This document shows positions 15,126 to 30,170 of a stretch of DNA of 64,000 nt, piece by piece (position 1 is the first letter of the stretch; each line of letters opens with the position of its first letter). The translations under genes were made by a program, and so were the position numbers. This DNA comes from Octopus vulgaris (lineage: Eukaryota): contig OX597824.1 in NCBI GenBank assembly GCA_951406725.2, positions 17,112,001-17,176,000 of the forward strand, written 5' to 3'. The notes beneath the pieces were generated by a model. It was given only the letters and a program-made list of their open reading frames with translations. It searched no databases and was not told the DNA's origin.

Positions 15126-15232
15126 GGAAAGAAGGAGAAGAGGAGGAAGAAGAAGAAAAAGAAGAAGAAGAAGAAGAAGAAGGAGAAGAAGTAGAAAAAG
15201 AAGAAGAGGAAGAAGAAGAGGAGGAAAAAGAA

Positions 15233-15264
<32 letters not shown>

Positions 15265-15412
15265 AGAAGAGGGAGGAGAAGAAGAAGAAGAAGAAGAAGA
15301 AGAAGAAGAAGAAGAAGAAGAAGAAGAAGAAGAAGAAGAAGAAGAAGAAGAAGAAGAAGAAGAAGAAGGAGAAGAAGAAGAAGAAGAAGAAGAAGAAGAA
15401 GAAGAAGAAGAA
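14920..15412. repeat. (GAA)n microsatellite, ~490 bp
   Basis: Long purine-only tract with GGA interruptions. Confidence 0.98.
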
Positions 15413-15546
15413 GCATTTGATGATGACGATGACCGCAACGAAACCAACGACGACAGCGTTAACGACGGCCATGATGACAATGTCAGACATGAAGTTCATG
15501 ATTTCGAAATAGTGACGCACAATCGCAGTTAAAACACCGTAAAGCT

Positions 15547-15857
<311 letters not shown>

Positions 15858-17476
15858 ACTATTAAAGACAGTTCATGGATTTACCAAAGAAATAGATATG
15901 AAATTTGGATTAGAAAAATGCGCCAAAGTAACCATGAAAAGAGGAAAACTAGTTAAGAGTAACAACATCGCACTAGATAAAACCAATGAAATAAAAGAAT
16001 TAGACCAAAGCCAAACTTACAAATACTTAGGAATCCATGAACTAGATAAGACACAACACACACAAATGAAAGAGAAAATAAAAAAAGAATATTATAGACG
16101 AGTTAGATCAATACTAAACACAGAGCTCAATGCTAAAAACAAGATAATAGGTATCAACACTTTAGCTGTCCCAGTTATAAGTTACAGCTACAATATCCTT
16201 AACTGGACACGAAATGAACTGTCCAAAATAGATAGGAAAACAAGAAAAATAATGACAGGATCTAGGATGCATCACCCAAAATCTGACATAGAAAGACTAT
16301 ATATACAACGTATAGAAGGTGGTAGAGGCCTTATACAGCTGGAAAACTACTATAAAATAACCACCATAGGACTGCAAAAATATCTACTTCAGAAGGAAGG
16401 AAAACTGATCCAGATAGCGGCAAAACACGAGCAAAACAAAAAACTGTTCTCAGTATTTAAGGAAGCTGACAAATACAAACAAGAAATCATACCACCTAAT
16501 AAACATGAAGAAGAAGAAGAAGAAGAAGATGAAGAAACAACAAAAGCTATAAAACAAATGAAATCCAAACTAAAAACAGAACAGCAACGAACCATGATAA
16601 AACGATGGCAAGAAAAGCCCCTTCATGGTAAATACTGCACTAAACTAAACGCAAAAGAAATAGACAAAGAAAAATCCCAGCAATGGTTGAGAAGCTCAGG
16701 ACTCAAAGCAGAAACAGAGGGATTTTTAATTGCAGCACAAGACCAAAGCCTCCCCACCAGAAATTACCAAAAACATGTAATGAAAAGAAATATTACAAGT
16801 AACTGCAGAATATGTGGAGATGGACAAGAAACAATAAATCATATTATCTCTAGCTGCCCAGTCCTGGCTAAGAAGGAATATATTCACAGACATGACAGAG
16901 TTGGAACCTACATACATTGGAAGCTATGCCAACATTATGGAATAACAACAGAAAAAAGATGGTATAGGCACACACCAGAAAAGGTCACAGAAAACGAGAA
17001 AGCAACCATACTCTGGGATATGCCGATACACACAGATAGAGAAATTAAGGCCAACAGACCAGATATAGTTGTCAGAGATCATGAAGAAAAAAAATGCTTT
17101 TTAATTGATGTATCAATACCGGCAGATGACAACGTGTCTCTAAAAGAAATGGAGAAACTCTCAAAATACAAAGACCTGGAAATAGAGGTAACTAGAATGT
17201 GGAATCTGAAAACAGAAACAATTCCTATCATAGTAGGTGCATTAGGCATGATAAAAAAATATTCAGACAAATACATAACAAAAACACCAGGACTTACAAA
17301 CACATATAACATACAGAAAATTGCACTACTAGGCACTGCCCACATCCTACGCAGAACACTTTCCATACAATAACCATCAGAGCATCACAACAAATCACAG
17401 CACATACTCAAGGCACACAGAGCTGCGCTCGGTAGTGAAGTGAAAGCACGCTATAAAAATAAAAATAAAACTACTG
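15858..17476 (+). mobile_element. 5'-truncated R4/Dong-clade non-LTR retrotransposon in (TAA)n
   Basis: Coding region with RT C-terminus, CCHC finger and RLE; ~100-bp 3' UTR ending ctactg then (AAT)n; TAA-repeat flanks match the known Dong target preference. Confidence 0.93.
15859..17373 (+). CDS. Partial R4/Dong polyprotein (504 aa): RT C-terminus/thumb, CCHC zinc finger, PD-(D/E)xK restriction-like endonuclease
   Basis: MKFGLEKCA, YKYLGI, ERLYIQRIEGGRGL, AETEGFLIAAQDQSL, CRICGDGQETINHIISSC, YIHRHDRV, NRPDIVV..LIDVSIP..EKLSKYKDL. No start codon and no YxDD (truncated); the first 59 aa of the 563-aa track ORF are translated microsatellite. Confidence 0.93.
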   Translation, partial: LLKTVHGFTKEIDMKFGLEKCAKVTMKRGKLVKSNNIALDKTNEIKELDQSQTYKYLGIHELDKTQHTQMKEKIKKEYYRRVRSILNTELNAKNKIIGINTLAVPVISYSYNILNWTRNELSKIDRKTRKIMTGSRMHHPKSDIERLYIQRIEGGRGLIQLENYYKITTIGLQKYLLQKEGKLIQIAAKHEQNKKLFSVFKEADKYKQEIIPPNKHEEEEEEEDEETTKAIKQMKSKLKTEQQRTMIKRWQEKPLHGKYCTKLNAKEIDKEKSQQWLRSSGLKAETEGFLIAAQDQSLPTRNYQKHVMKRNITSNCRICGDGQETINHIISSCPVLAKKEYIHRHDRVGTYIHWKLCQHYGITTEKRWYRHTPEKVTENEKATILWDMPIHTDREIKANRPDIVVRDHEEKKCFLIDVSIPADDNVSLKEMEKLSKYKDLEIEVTRMWNLKTETIPIIVGALGMIKKYSDKYITKTPGLTNTYNIQKIALLGTAHILRRTLSIQ

Positions 17477-17820
<344 letters not shown>

Positions 17821-18223
17821 GATTGTTTAGCACTAAAAAATTGATGAAGAAGAGAAATGGTGTGAGGTTAAATACCAGGGGCAAATGGAATTTCATGTGA
17901 GTGCAAAAGACGACTGATGAAAAAAAATTTTCGGCGATGTTGTAAGTATAAGTGTGTATGAATGCGCATGTTCGCATTATGGCTTCCAGTATGCGTATGT
18001 GAATGTGTAATTGTGTACGTGTGTATGCGTGCGTGGTGGTAGCTGATGACATTCTATTAGGAATATAGATGATGAGAAAGGAAGAGAAAATTGACGAGAA
18101 ACATTTATGTTGAATGTAACCAAAGATGTTAAAGAAGAAAAAATTACACATTTATGTATGCATGCATGTGTACATATACATATATATATATGTGTGTATA
18201 TATATAGAGAGATAGATAGATTC

Positions 18224-18255
<32 letters not shown>

Positions 18256-18301
18256 GTTTATATATGTATATATATATGTATATATATGTATATATATATA
18301 C

Positions 18302-18341
<40 letters not shown>

Positions 18342-18544
18342 TCATATATAAGAAATCGAACTAGGCTCCTAAGAGCCCATATATATATATATATATATGT
18401 ACATATATATACATATATATATACGTATATATATATACGTATATATATACGTATATATATATATATATATATATGTACATATATATACATATATATATAT
18501 ATATGTACATATATATACATATATATATACGTATATATATATAC

Positions 18545-18605
<61 letters not shown>

Positions 18606-19313
18606 TATATATATATGCATATATATATATATATATATATATATAAGGAATATAAAAAACATGAGAGTGAAAACAATGATGTAAACCAGAATATATAGTA
18701 AACAATGGAGAAAATGGTTTGGAGATTAAATCTGATTATGTAGATGTCTTCAGACGAAGAATTACGGAATGGGTAAAACAAAGAAATTTTGCAATATACT
18801 TCGAGTGACGACTTAAATCTCGTCTTTGTGAAATATGGACAACAGAGATGAAACACAATGAGCAATACGATGCGAGTAATGAAAATAATACAAAAAAAAA
18901 AATGAGGAAATAAATATACATATCGTTAAGAAAAGAGGAAGTAGGCAGAGAAGGAAAAAGTGGTAGGGAAAAACATGGCTGCTATACAAAGAGCGCAGAT
19001 ATTCTATAGACTTTTCTCAAATGTCGACGTAATTTTTTAGTTTATTTTAGTTTTGTTTTGTAATCGTACAGGAAAGATCAAAAGTTGAAAAATATAGTAT
19101 AATTATTTGTCTATCTTACTTTCATTAATTATTTCTTCAGATCCCTTTCTTTCGTCGTGTTTTGTTTCTATCTATCTATCTATCTATCTTCTGGCTGTCT
19201 GTCTGTCTATTCATTCATCCATCCATCCTCCCATTGATCCATGCATCTACTTATTTCTCTTTGGCTCTCTCTCTATTTCACTCAATCTCTCTTTCTCTCT
19301 CCCTTCCTCTCTC

Positions 19314-19403
<90 letters not shown>

Positions 19404-19447
19404 TATATTCATGTATATATATATATATATATATATACATATATATA

Positions 19448-19506
<59 letters not shown>

Positions 19507-20293
19507 CCACACGCATGTGTATATGTGTGTGGGTGTGCATGCGCATGCATGTCTGTTATATTTTAATCTTGTTTCAGTCATTGAACTGTAGCCATGCCAT
19601 GGCTCAGTCTTGAAGTCAAATAAATCGACCTCGAGATATATTTTCATTAAAACGAGGTACTTATTTCATCGGACCTCTTCCGAGCACTAAGTTACGCGGA
19701 TGTTAACAACACAACACCGGTTGTGTAACAGTGATGACAGACAGACAGTCACAAACACTTAGACACTGTAGATTTATTTCCGGCTTCAGCGCGCCAAAAT
19801 CAAGACATTTGAACATTAAACCCCAAATATAAATTGCAGAACTTTATACATATTCTCTTTCGGATGAGCGTTCTGTGTCTTCGTCTTTTGTTATATTTTT
19901 GTAAATTCTCACTGTATATACATATACATATATACATATATATATACATATATATACATGTATATATACATTTTATTTGTACTTGTTTCAGTCATCTGAT
20001 TGCGGCCATATATATATATACATACGTGTGTGTGTGTCGTTTTTCTACGTATTTTATACATTACATTATTCTTGTAATTTACTTAATCTTTAGTTTTTAA
20101 TTGTTATTTTAATTTTAGCTTTTCTATTATATGTAATTTTCTAGATGGTGTAATTTAATTATTCATTTTGAATTGATAAACGGTGGGGTTTTTTTCTAAC
20201 ATTTTACATATATTATATTGTGTGGAATTTGATTTAGTATTTCTAAATTGAATTCTTTTTCCTTGTAAGTTTGGATTTTATTCCCTCAAATAA

Positions 20294-20346
<53 letters not shown>

Positions 20347-20841
20347 TTACTGTCTGCCTACATCTATCTCTAACAATCACTCAATCAACCAATCCATGTA
20401 TCTATCTATCTATCTATTTATATTTTTGTGTATATACACATGTATGCATAAATGTATAGATGCACAGATGGGAGTGCCTTGCATATATGGTTTCGTCTGA
20501 TAAAACTATGAAAAGTCAAATACAACTTCTGACAATGAAAGAACGACGATTTCATCAAATACAACACACACATCTCGCTCTCGTCCATCGCCGCCACCGA
20601 CATCATCATCGTCAACATCATAAGCATCAGCAACATCAGTAGTAGAAGCAAGATTTGTATTTCATACTAATAAGCCCCGCCAGCCAATTGGAATGGATTT
20701 TTAAACTGTGCATTGTCCTCAATTTTGGTGTAATTTTAACATGTTAATTATTTTTTCAATATCCATTTTCTATACCAATCAGACCCCTCCACACACGAAC
20801 ATATACACGTACGCACACACACAAACACACACACACACATA

Positions 20842-21095
20842 CACAAACACACACACACACACACGTATACACGCATGTACACACACACGTACATACACAC
20901 AACCACATACACGCGCACACAGGCACTAGTAACACATACACACACTCACGCACATGCACACACACAAACACAAACACACACACACACACGTATACACGCA
21001 TGTACACACACACGTACATACACACAACCACATACACGTGCACACAGGCACTAGTAACACATACACACACTCACGCACATGCACACACACACACA
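20842..21095. repeat. ~126-bp tandem duplication inside a (CA)-rich tract
   Basis: cacgtatacacgcatgtac..caaccacatacacg..caggcactagtaacacatacacacactcacgcacatgc is present twice. Confidence 0.88.
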
Positions 21096-21319
21096 CACAA
21101 AAATACGCACCTACACATACACACTCACACACACACACTCACACACACGCGCATACACACACAAGCACACATACACACATATACACCTGAGCACGCACAC
21201 AGCCGTCAACACATTCATAAACTGTGGAGTAGGAAAGCGATGTTAAAAATCTTAACACAAATACCGTAACAACCACCAGTTCTGCTAAACGATTACACCA
21301 ATATTGATAAAATAATAGC

Positions 21320-21991
<672 letters not shown>

Positions 21992-22246
21992 TGTTTCACT
22001 GCCTCCGGGTGTGACACTTAATGATGAGGAATAAGTAGGCCGTGCGTGTGTGTCTGTGTGTGCGTGGATGTACGTGTGTGCATATGTGTGCTTGTGTGTG
22101 TGTGTAACATAAAGCAGTTCAGATTTGTGGATGTTCATTAGAGAGATTAACTATTCCGGCCATGGCCATGGTGGAGCACTGCCTTCCAGGAAAGAGCAAA
22201 ATTTATTAGTGATACCAGAAATTGCAACACGAATAATAATGGTAAT

Positions 22247-22604
22247 AACAAGAGCACTCAGAGATTGCAAACCTCCGCCAAGGCAACACCAACGACCTCT
22301 CAGCGATTAGCCAGGGATGAATTTTATAATGAGAATATCTGAAATAATCTCGACTGCTCTCATAACGAGAATACTAAAAGTGCACCCGACGTCTCTCAAA
22401 AATTAAGTAAAATAAAGCAGGAAAATTATCCAGTATCCTTGTCCGGTATCGGATCGATCCCAAAATCTAACAAATTCGTGCCAGTCACGAGGTCAAACAT
22501 CCCTGAAAGTTTCATATGAATCCATCCACTGGTTTTTGAGATATCCTGTCAACGGTCAAACAAACGCGACTGAAGACGATACCCCTGCCTTTGCTTAGGC
22601 GGGC
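22247..22604. mobile_element. Probable non-autonomous Helentron-type (HINE/DINE-1-like) element
   Basis: Begins aacaagagcactcagagattgcaaacctccgccaagg, contains aagtttcatatgaatcc..ttgagatatcctg, and ends in a hairpin cctgcctttgcttaggcggg whose right arm is partly complementary to the 5' ctccgccaag; family assignment from recalled architecture. Confidence 0.55.
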
Positions 22605-23242
22605 GAGAACTCATCTCAAAATGTCCTTCGTGTAGTTAGTGGATGTCCGAATCTTGCCTCAACAAAAAAATACAGGATACTCTGTGAAAAATTTGCCCGT
22701 CTAGTAGAGATATGCAGGAGGGTGGGGCTGTACGGAACAGAAAATAAGGACAAACCTTGCTTATCAAAGAGAATAATCGACTGAAACGCGCGTGGGATTT
22801 GTCAATACATTTACAGATCAGAAACTACAAATTAGTGGACCAGATATTACTCTCCTATGGCACTCCATAGGTCAAAGAACAGATCAGCATTTGTATAGCA
22901 GTACTGGCAGGTCAGATCATTGAGGAGCCCGAGAATGAGAAATCTCAAAAGTATGTAGAACCAAGATGTTAGATAGTGAGTGAGATATATGTTGTGATTA
23001 AATCAGTGCCATCTCCAGGAGCCTGAATTTCCAGTTCTCATTGGGAGAGAAGGTTGGTGGTCTTCCTCGAAAGAGCACTTGCGTTGAGGAAATGTTGGCA
23101 TCTCTAAGCTGCTGGAAGGAGCTGGGACATCTCATAATTAAATCAGAAGAACTTCAAAACTACAGAGGATCCTGTTTGTAATAAGAGCAACAGTGTCTGG
23201 TTTAGGAGCAATGACAGTAATTTTGAGGGAAGGTGGTTAGTT

Positions 23243-23764
23243 GGCTTCTGATCTTAACTGATTGGAAGTGTTATCATGTACATTGTTTTGTCTTGGTATA
23301 AAAGATGGGCTACAGCAAATATTCTGCTCAATACCACAGATTTGCTTGTCAGTTGTTTGACCATAACCAGTTGAGCATGTCCCTTAGTGGCTGAAGATAT
23401 GTGCATCTCTGATCACGAGCAGAAGTAGTGGGGAGCATCATAGCCATGTGTTGAGAGGGATTCTTTGGGGTTTGAATAATTCACCTCTGGAAACATGGGT
23501 AGTTCTTTCAACATCCTCAAACAACCCTTATTCAGGGACCTTTTGAGCGGGATGGGCTACTCAACCTGAAGAAAATGCTAACTGGGCCCCACCTGCAAGG
23601 TCATGTGCTGTTTATCTTGATATGAGATCACCATGTCGCGCACATATGGTTGTGATGCATGTGCCTGGTGTACCCTTATCAGACGGGTAGTCATGATGGG
23701 TATATTGGGCTTCGTATATTTTACCCCAGTGTCACTTTGATGGCATGAACTGCTCTCTCACTCA
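23243..23764 (+). mobile_element. Family T element, slightly 5'-truncated
   Basis: High identity to 2557-3079; ends ctctcactca-ataataata then (GTA)n(GAA)n. Confidence 0.87.
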
Positions 23765-23801
23765 ATAATAATAGGAGTAGGAGTAGGAGTAGTAGTAGTG
23801 T

Positions 23802-23843
<42 letters not shown>

Positions 23844-23864
23844 AAGAAGAAGAAGAAGAAGAAG

Positions 23865-23895
<31 letters not shown>

Positions 23896-24255
23896 TTTGT
23901 GGTAGGAGCTTAGTCGTTTACTTCGTTCCCATTGCTAAAGGGTACAAATTTCTTCGACCAAGAAAGATGAAATCAAGTTGCCCTCGACGGAATTTGAACC
24001 TAAGTACCGACGAAATGCCGCTAGGCATTTTGCCCGTATTCTACCAGCACACCGCTCTGATAATGATGATGAGGAGGATGAAGATGATAATGACGACGAC
24101 GACGACGACGATGACAATGATAATGATGATGATGGCGATGATGATGATGGTAAGAATATCTTTTATACATATATACAATATATTCTTTTATCGTCAGGAG
24201 GCGTACAGTTTTTGTCTCGTACTTGTGTGTATGTGTGTATATGTATGTATATATA

Positions 24256-24287
<32 letters not shown>

Positions 24288-24308
24288 CGCACACACACAC
24301 ACACACGT

Positions 24309-24351
<43 letters not shown>

Positions 24352-24460
24352 TATATATTACGTTTATTTATTTGTTGTGCAAATGAAGACACATACAATA
24401 GAAATACAAAATGGCTGACGGATAGTAAGGAGAGACACAAATAAGAAAGAAGAAAGCAAA

Positions 24461-24617
24461 GGACCACTGATGCGGTCACAGGAGTGTGACGATAGAACTC
24501 TGACCGAAATAAGTTTAAGATTAATGTAAAAAATAAATAACACTGAAGCAAAGTAACACCAAATATATAGTGCGTGTGTTTTTATTGGCTAAACTGGCAA
24601 AATGACCATTCCGAAAT

Positions 24618-24625
<8 letters not shown>
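24461..24625 (+). mobile_element. Probable Penelope-like terminal repeat with a decayed hammerhead core
   Basis: CTGATGc-ggtca..gagt..actc-tgacc-GAAA (24467-24509); A9 is substituted and stems I/III are not recoverable. Confidence 0.4.
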
Positions 24626-24700
<75 letters not shown>

Positions 24701-25820
24701 TAGTGTATATATTACACATAGCATACACAAACATACACACATGGACTCTCATACATACGCATACACATACATAGAATTGAAAAGATAGCAATGAGAAAAT
24801 AAGGGAAGGTCACCTCGAAATGATAGCGTGGCAATCCCTTCACTTAACCCCAGATTTTTCTGACTTAAGTTAAATACTTCTCATAGTTTTGCCTCCACCC
24901 CACAGCCGCACAGTTAATTTGTGCGAATTTAGCCAGTTTTGTTTCGCCACTTGCATCCAAATATTTTAAAATTTTACCGGAGGGTAACACCTTCCCCAGG
25001 ACCTTCAATTAAACTTTTCAAGTCGTACTTAAAGGTTTTGACTTGTGATGTACAAGAAAATCCTGTAGAAAAGGCATGATGGGAGAAGTTGAATTAATGG
25101 GGAGCAAACTAAGAGATTATATAGGAGAAACGGGAAGAAGAACAAAACGAACGATAATGAATGAATGAATGAATGAATGAATAAATAAATAGATAAATAA
25201 ATGGATGAATGAGTGAAAGTAAAAAAAGAAAGAAACGAGTTGAAAGAAGTATAAATGGGATGAAAAAGGTGGGGGGGGCAAAGCACCCCCACCAGTGAAA
25301 GAAAATGTGATTTATCATATACGAAGAAAATAATTTGAATGGTTTCGGAGCTGTACCATTGTGTCATGGAGGACAGCGGAACAGGAAATCAGCAAGCTGG
25401 TTTTGACGAAGGGGAAACGGGTTTCATAATGATGTATTAATATTACGATATGATATTTTCTAAAATACGTACACGGCAGAAAAGTGCAGGAAGATATGAA
25501 GCGAGTGCACTCTATAGAACACGCTATTTGAGTACTACTTCAGTGTATCGACCCCGAAGGATTGTAAGGCAACGCAGACCACAGTCGGGTTTGAACTCAG
25601 ACCATAAACAACCAATGCAAATAAAGTGAAGCATCATGTCCGATGCTATGAGATATTTGCTAAGTTTTCTATGAAAGACTCAAAACCAGAAATCTGACGG
25701 TTTCCAAATATTTGTATTTTAATTTGTCTACACCGTAGATGTAAAAGCCAAAGTTGAAATTGCTACGGTTTGGCCTGTGAAAATTAAGAAATGATGAAAG
25801 CCTTTTTTCTCTGTCACCCT

Positions 25821-26212
25821 CTTTTACTTGTTTCAGTCATTTGACTGCGGCCATGCTGGAGCACCGCCTTTAGTCGAGCAAATCGACCCCGGGACTTATT
25901 CTTTGTAAGCCTAATACTTATTCTATCGGTCTCTTTTGCCGAACCGCTAAGTAACGGGGACGTAAACACACCAGCATCGGTTGTCAAGCAATGCTAGGGG
26001 GACAAACACACACATACACAAACACACATATATACATATATGTATATACATATATACGACAGGCTTCTTTCAGTTTCCGTCTACCAAATCCACTCACAAG
26101 GCATTGGTCGGCCTGGGGCTAGAGCAGAAGACACTTGCCCAATATGCCACGCAGTGGGACTGAACCCAGAACCATGTGGTTGGTTAGCAAGCTACTTACC
26201 ACACAGCCACTC
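25821..26212 (-). mobile_element. Family B SINE, full length, little diverged
   Basis: Reverse complement of the 921-1328 type. Confidence 0.92.
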
Positions 26213-26404
26213 CTTCGCTAGGGAGGCAAGTCTGGACGTCTTTTGGACTTATTTGACATCATCGGCGAAGTATAGATTTCTTTGCATCTGCTGAAGTAGG
26301 GATGACGGAATCCCTTACAAAACGTAGAAAATTGTACATTACTAAGTGTAAAGAGATCATAATTGGGATACTGCAGCCAATACTGGGTAGATTTCCGTCG
26401 GGGA

Positions 26405-26406
26405 AA

Positions 26407-26457
<51 letters not shown>

Positions 26458-26470
26458 GTCGCATCTACTC

Positions 26471-26523
<53 letters not shown>

Positions 26524-26560
26524 GCTGCTGCTGCTGCTGCTGCTACTACTACTACTACTG

Positions 26561-26625
<65 letters not shown>

Positions 26626-26749
26626 ACTACTACTACTACTACTACTAATACTACTACTATTGCTGCTGCTGCTGCTACTGCAGCTGCCACCACAACGTCC
26701 AGAGCCACTACCTCACTCCCATACCCCACACCACCACCACTACCACCAA

Positions 26750-26800
<51 letters not shown>
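26405..26800. repeat. (AAAT)n plus compound (TAC)/(TGC)/(CAC) microsatellite
   Basis: Direct inspection. Confidence 0.95.
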
Positions 26801-26912
26801 AGCGCAGCCAAGCTTATTGTCAGATTTACTTTAGAGAAGATTTAAAACCTGTAGATATTTTCGCATCAACGAGGTGTTTGTCGACCCATGTAATAATTAA
26901 TTATTCACTGTA

Positions 26913-27190
26913 TAGCCTAGTACTTTATATATCAGTCCCATTTGCCGAAGCACTAAGTTATGAGACGTAAACATACCAACACCGATTGACCAGCGCTGAC
27001 GGGAGACAAACACAGATACAGATATATACATATACGACGGGTTTCTTTCAGTTTTCCTCTAAGAAATCCACCCACAAGGTTGTAGTCCGTCCATAGTAGG
27101 AGACATTTTCCCAAAGAGCCACACAGTGGGACGGAGCCTGGAGCCACATGGTTAGGAAGCAAACTTCATACCACACAGTCACTCCCTGTA
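26913..27190 (-). mobile_element. Family B SINE, diverged and partial
   Basis: gcctagtact..gccgaa..cgacgggtttctttcagttt..accacacagtcactcc. Confidence 0.75.
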
Positions 27191-27390
27191 CATCAGACCG
27201 AGACCTGCAGATGAATTTTATCCATTCCACAGATTTGATTATGCTCCAGGCATGGTTTCCATATTGTGAACTACATTATTCAATATCAGTTTCCAATTTA
27301 TGTTTGGAGACAGCAGTTTGCGATTTGAGAGAACATTTTATTGCTAGTTTTAGTATGTTGAAGAAGAGATTTGAATACATAGATACAAGT

Positions 27391-27765
27391 GCAGGGGTGG
27401 CTGTGTGGTAAGACTCTTTCTTCCAAACCACATGGTTCATGGTTGAGTCCCATCACGCAGCACCTTGGGCAAGTGTCTTTTACTGTAGCCTCGGGCCGAC
27501 CAAAACCTTGCGAGTGGATTTGGTAGGGGGGAAACTAAAAGAAGCTCGTCTTATATATGTGTATGTGTGTCTTTGTGTCCGTGTTTGTCCCCCACAACCG
27601 CTTGACAACCCGTGCTGATGTGATTGCCTCCCAGTAAACTAGCGGTTCGGCAAAAGATAGTGATAGAATTAAGTACTGGTGTCGAATCATTCGATTAAAA
27701 TTTAAGGTGGTGCTCTAGCAGGGCCGCAGTCTAATGACTGAAGCATGCAAAAAATAAAATATAAA
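27391..27765 (+). mobile_element. Family B SINE, diverged
   Basis: gcaggggtggctgtgtggtaag..ccttgggcaagtgtctt..aaggtggtgctctagcagggccgcagtctaatgactgaa. Confidence 0.85.
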
Positions 27766-28789
27766 AGACATACTACAAATCGCATGCAAGATATAGAAGA
27801 ACGATTATGAAAGAATGAAAGAATGAAAGAATGAATGAGAAGATTCCAGAATGAAGGAATAACTGTAATGGTGGTAATTATTTTGGTCACACATTGCCAT
27901 GACGAATGGTAGAAGTAGACAACAATCTGAAATGAAATTAAATGGCGCAATTGTTTTCCTGCTTTTCAGGCAAAAAAAAAAACAAAAAAAAACAATTGAG
28001 TTAAGCCATATGAAAGTTGAATTTTACTTACGTTGAAATATAATTGTTTAAAATAATTAGTTACCTAATTAATATAATTTTGGCTTCCTGCGCATGTGTG
28101 TAACTATTTTCATGTTGTTGCTTCTTTTAGCAAAACAGAAGTAATTTTATGATTTAATAAGTTGACGAGCAAATATCTGTTTTGTTGCCTTCTACACTTA
28201 TCAATGGCCAGACACATAATTCACCAGTGAGCAGAGCAGCTAAGTGTAAATATGTGTAGCTAAATTTATTGATTTGAAATTTTGACGTTGTGCTACGAGT
28301 TGAAGGTGTCGTCTGTTAGCTTGCAATTCTGGAAACAGTTTACACGCGGCTGAAAATGTTATATGAAGAGGAAGAACTCAGACATATCTTTGAAACTCAA
28401 CCAGTACTTATCAACTAAAGAATGTGTGTGTACGTGTATATTTCCGTTAGTTTACTGTAGTTGTAAAATTTGTCTTCAGATTCAGGTTTGAGTGTAACGC
28501 AGAGTTTATGTCTGAAACGAAAAAAAAAACACGAGAGACTTTCTATCAGATATTTAGTTGCACTAACTTACATACATTTCATTAGCATAAGGTGAATAAT
28601 AATTACCTACTGCAAATTATAATTCAAGACTTGATGTCGAATTGTGAAAGAACTTAATATCATATCTATTGGTCTGTCTGTTTATCTACTTATTCATCTG
28701 TCTATCTATCTTTCTATAAATTTATCTATCTATTTTTCTATCTATCTACCTGTCTGTTTGTCTGTCTTCCTTTTATTCTTTTATTCATA

Positions 28790-29240
<451 letters not shown>

Positions 29241-29514
29241 CTATCCTCTTAACCATTAATCATTCTTCTGTTTTTTTACTACATATATAGAGTCTTCAAC
29301 CTGCTTTGATATAAGCGGCTTTGTTACCCCTTACAACAAATATTCCTTATTTACTAATTTCCGCTACGTTCATTAACGGTTTTTTACTTAAAATGACCAT
29401 CCTTTTGCTTTTGAAATTAACTGACCAATAATCTCCTCTTAACTGACCTTCAGAATTGGGTCAATACAGTATGTTTTTACCAAGACTAAGAAATAAGCAT
29501 ACACATAATTATCA

Positions 29515-29951
29515 AAGCAGCGAGCTGGCAGAAACGTTAGCACGCCGGGCGAAATGCTTAGCAGTATTTCGTCTGCTGTTAAGTCCTGAGTTCAAATTCC
29601 GCCGAGGTCGACTTTGCCTTTCATCTTTTCGGGGTCGATTAAATAAGTACCGGTTACGCACTGGGGTCAATATAATCGACTTAATCCGTTTGTCTGTACT
29701 TGTTTGTCCCCTCAGTGTTTAGCCTCTTGTGGGTAGTAAAGAAATAGGTATTTCGTCTGCCGTTATGTTCTGAGTTCAAATTCCGCCGAGGTTGACTTTG
29801 CCTTTCATCCTTTCGGGAGTCGATAAATTAAGTACCAGTTACGCACTTGAGTCAATATAATCGACTTAATCTGTTTGTCTGTCCTCTCTGTGTTTAGCCT
29901 CTTGTAGGTAGTAAAGAAGTAGGTATTTCGCCTGCCATTATGTTCTGCCGT
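29515..29951 (+). mobile_element. Tandem family C SINE array (one full unit, one headless unit, start of a third)
   Basis: Units joined as gtagtaaagaa(a/g)ta|ggtatttcg. Confidence 0.9.
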
Positions 29952-30001
29952 TATTATTATGATTATTATTACTATTATTATTATTATTATTATTATTATC
30001 A

Positions 30002-30170
30002 TCACTTCTTGGAATCGAACTCTGAATCTTGGGTCTAGTAGCCCGCTCTCTTAACAACTATGTCATATGCCCGTGGGCATATGGCGTGTTAACAACAAAC
30101 AAGATGAGGACTATTATCCGTCAAATGTAAATAATGTAAATAATTTCTCATCTCTTAAATATAGAACTGT
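30002..30170. mobile_element. Rearranged copy of a tRNA-headed, Penelope-like non-autonomous element
   Basis: 30002-30064 is the minus-strand homologue of 47860-47930; palindrome catatgccc-gt-gggcatatg; 30088-30170 matches 49004-49056 plus 49291-49318. Confidence 0.65.
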
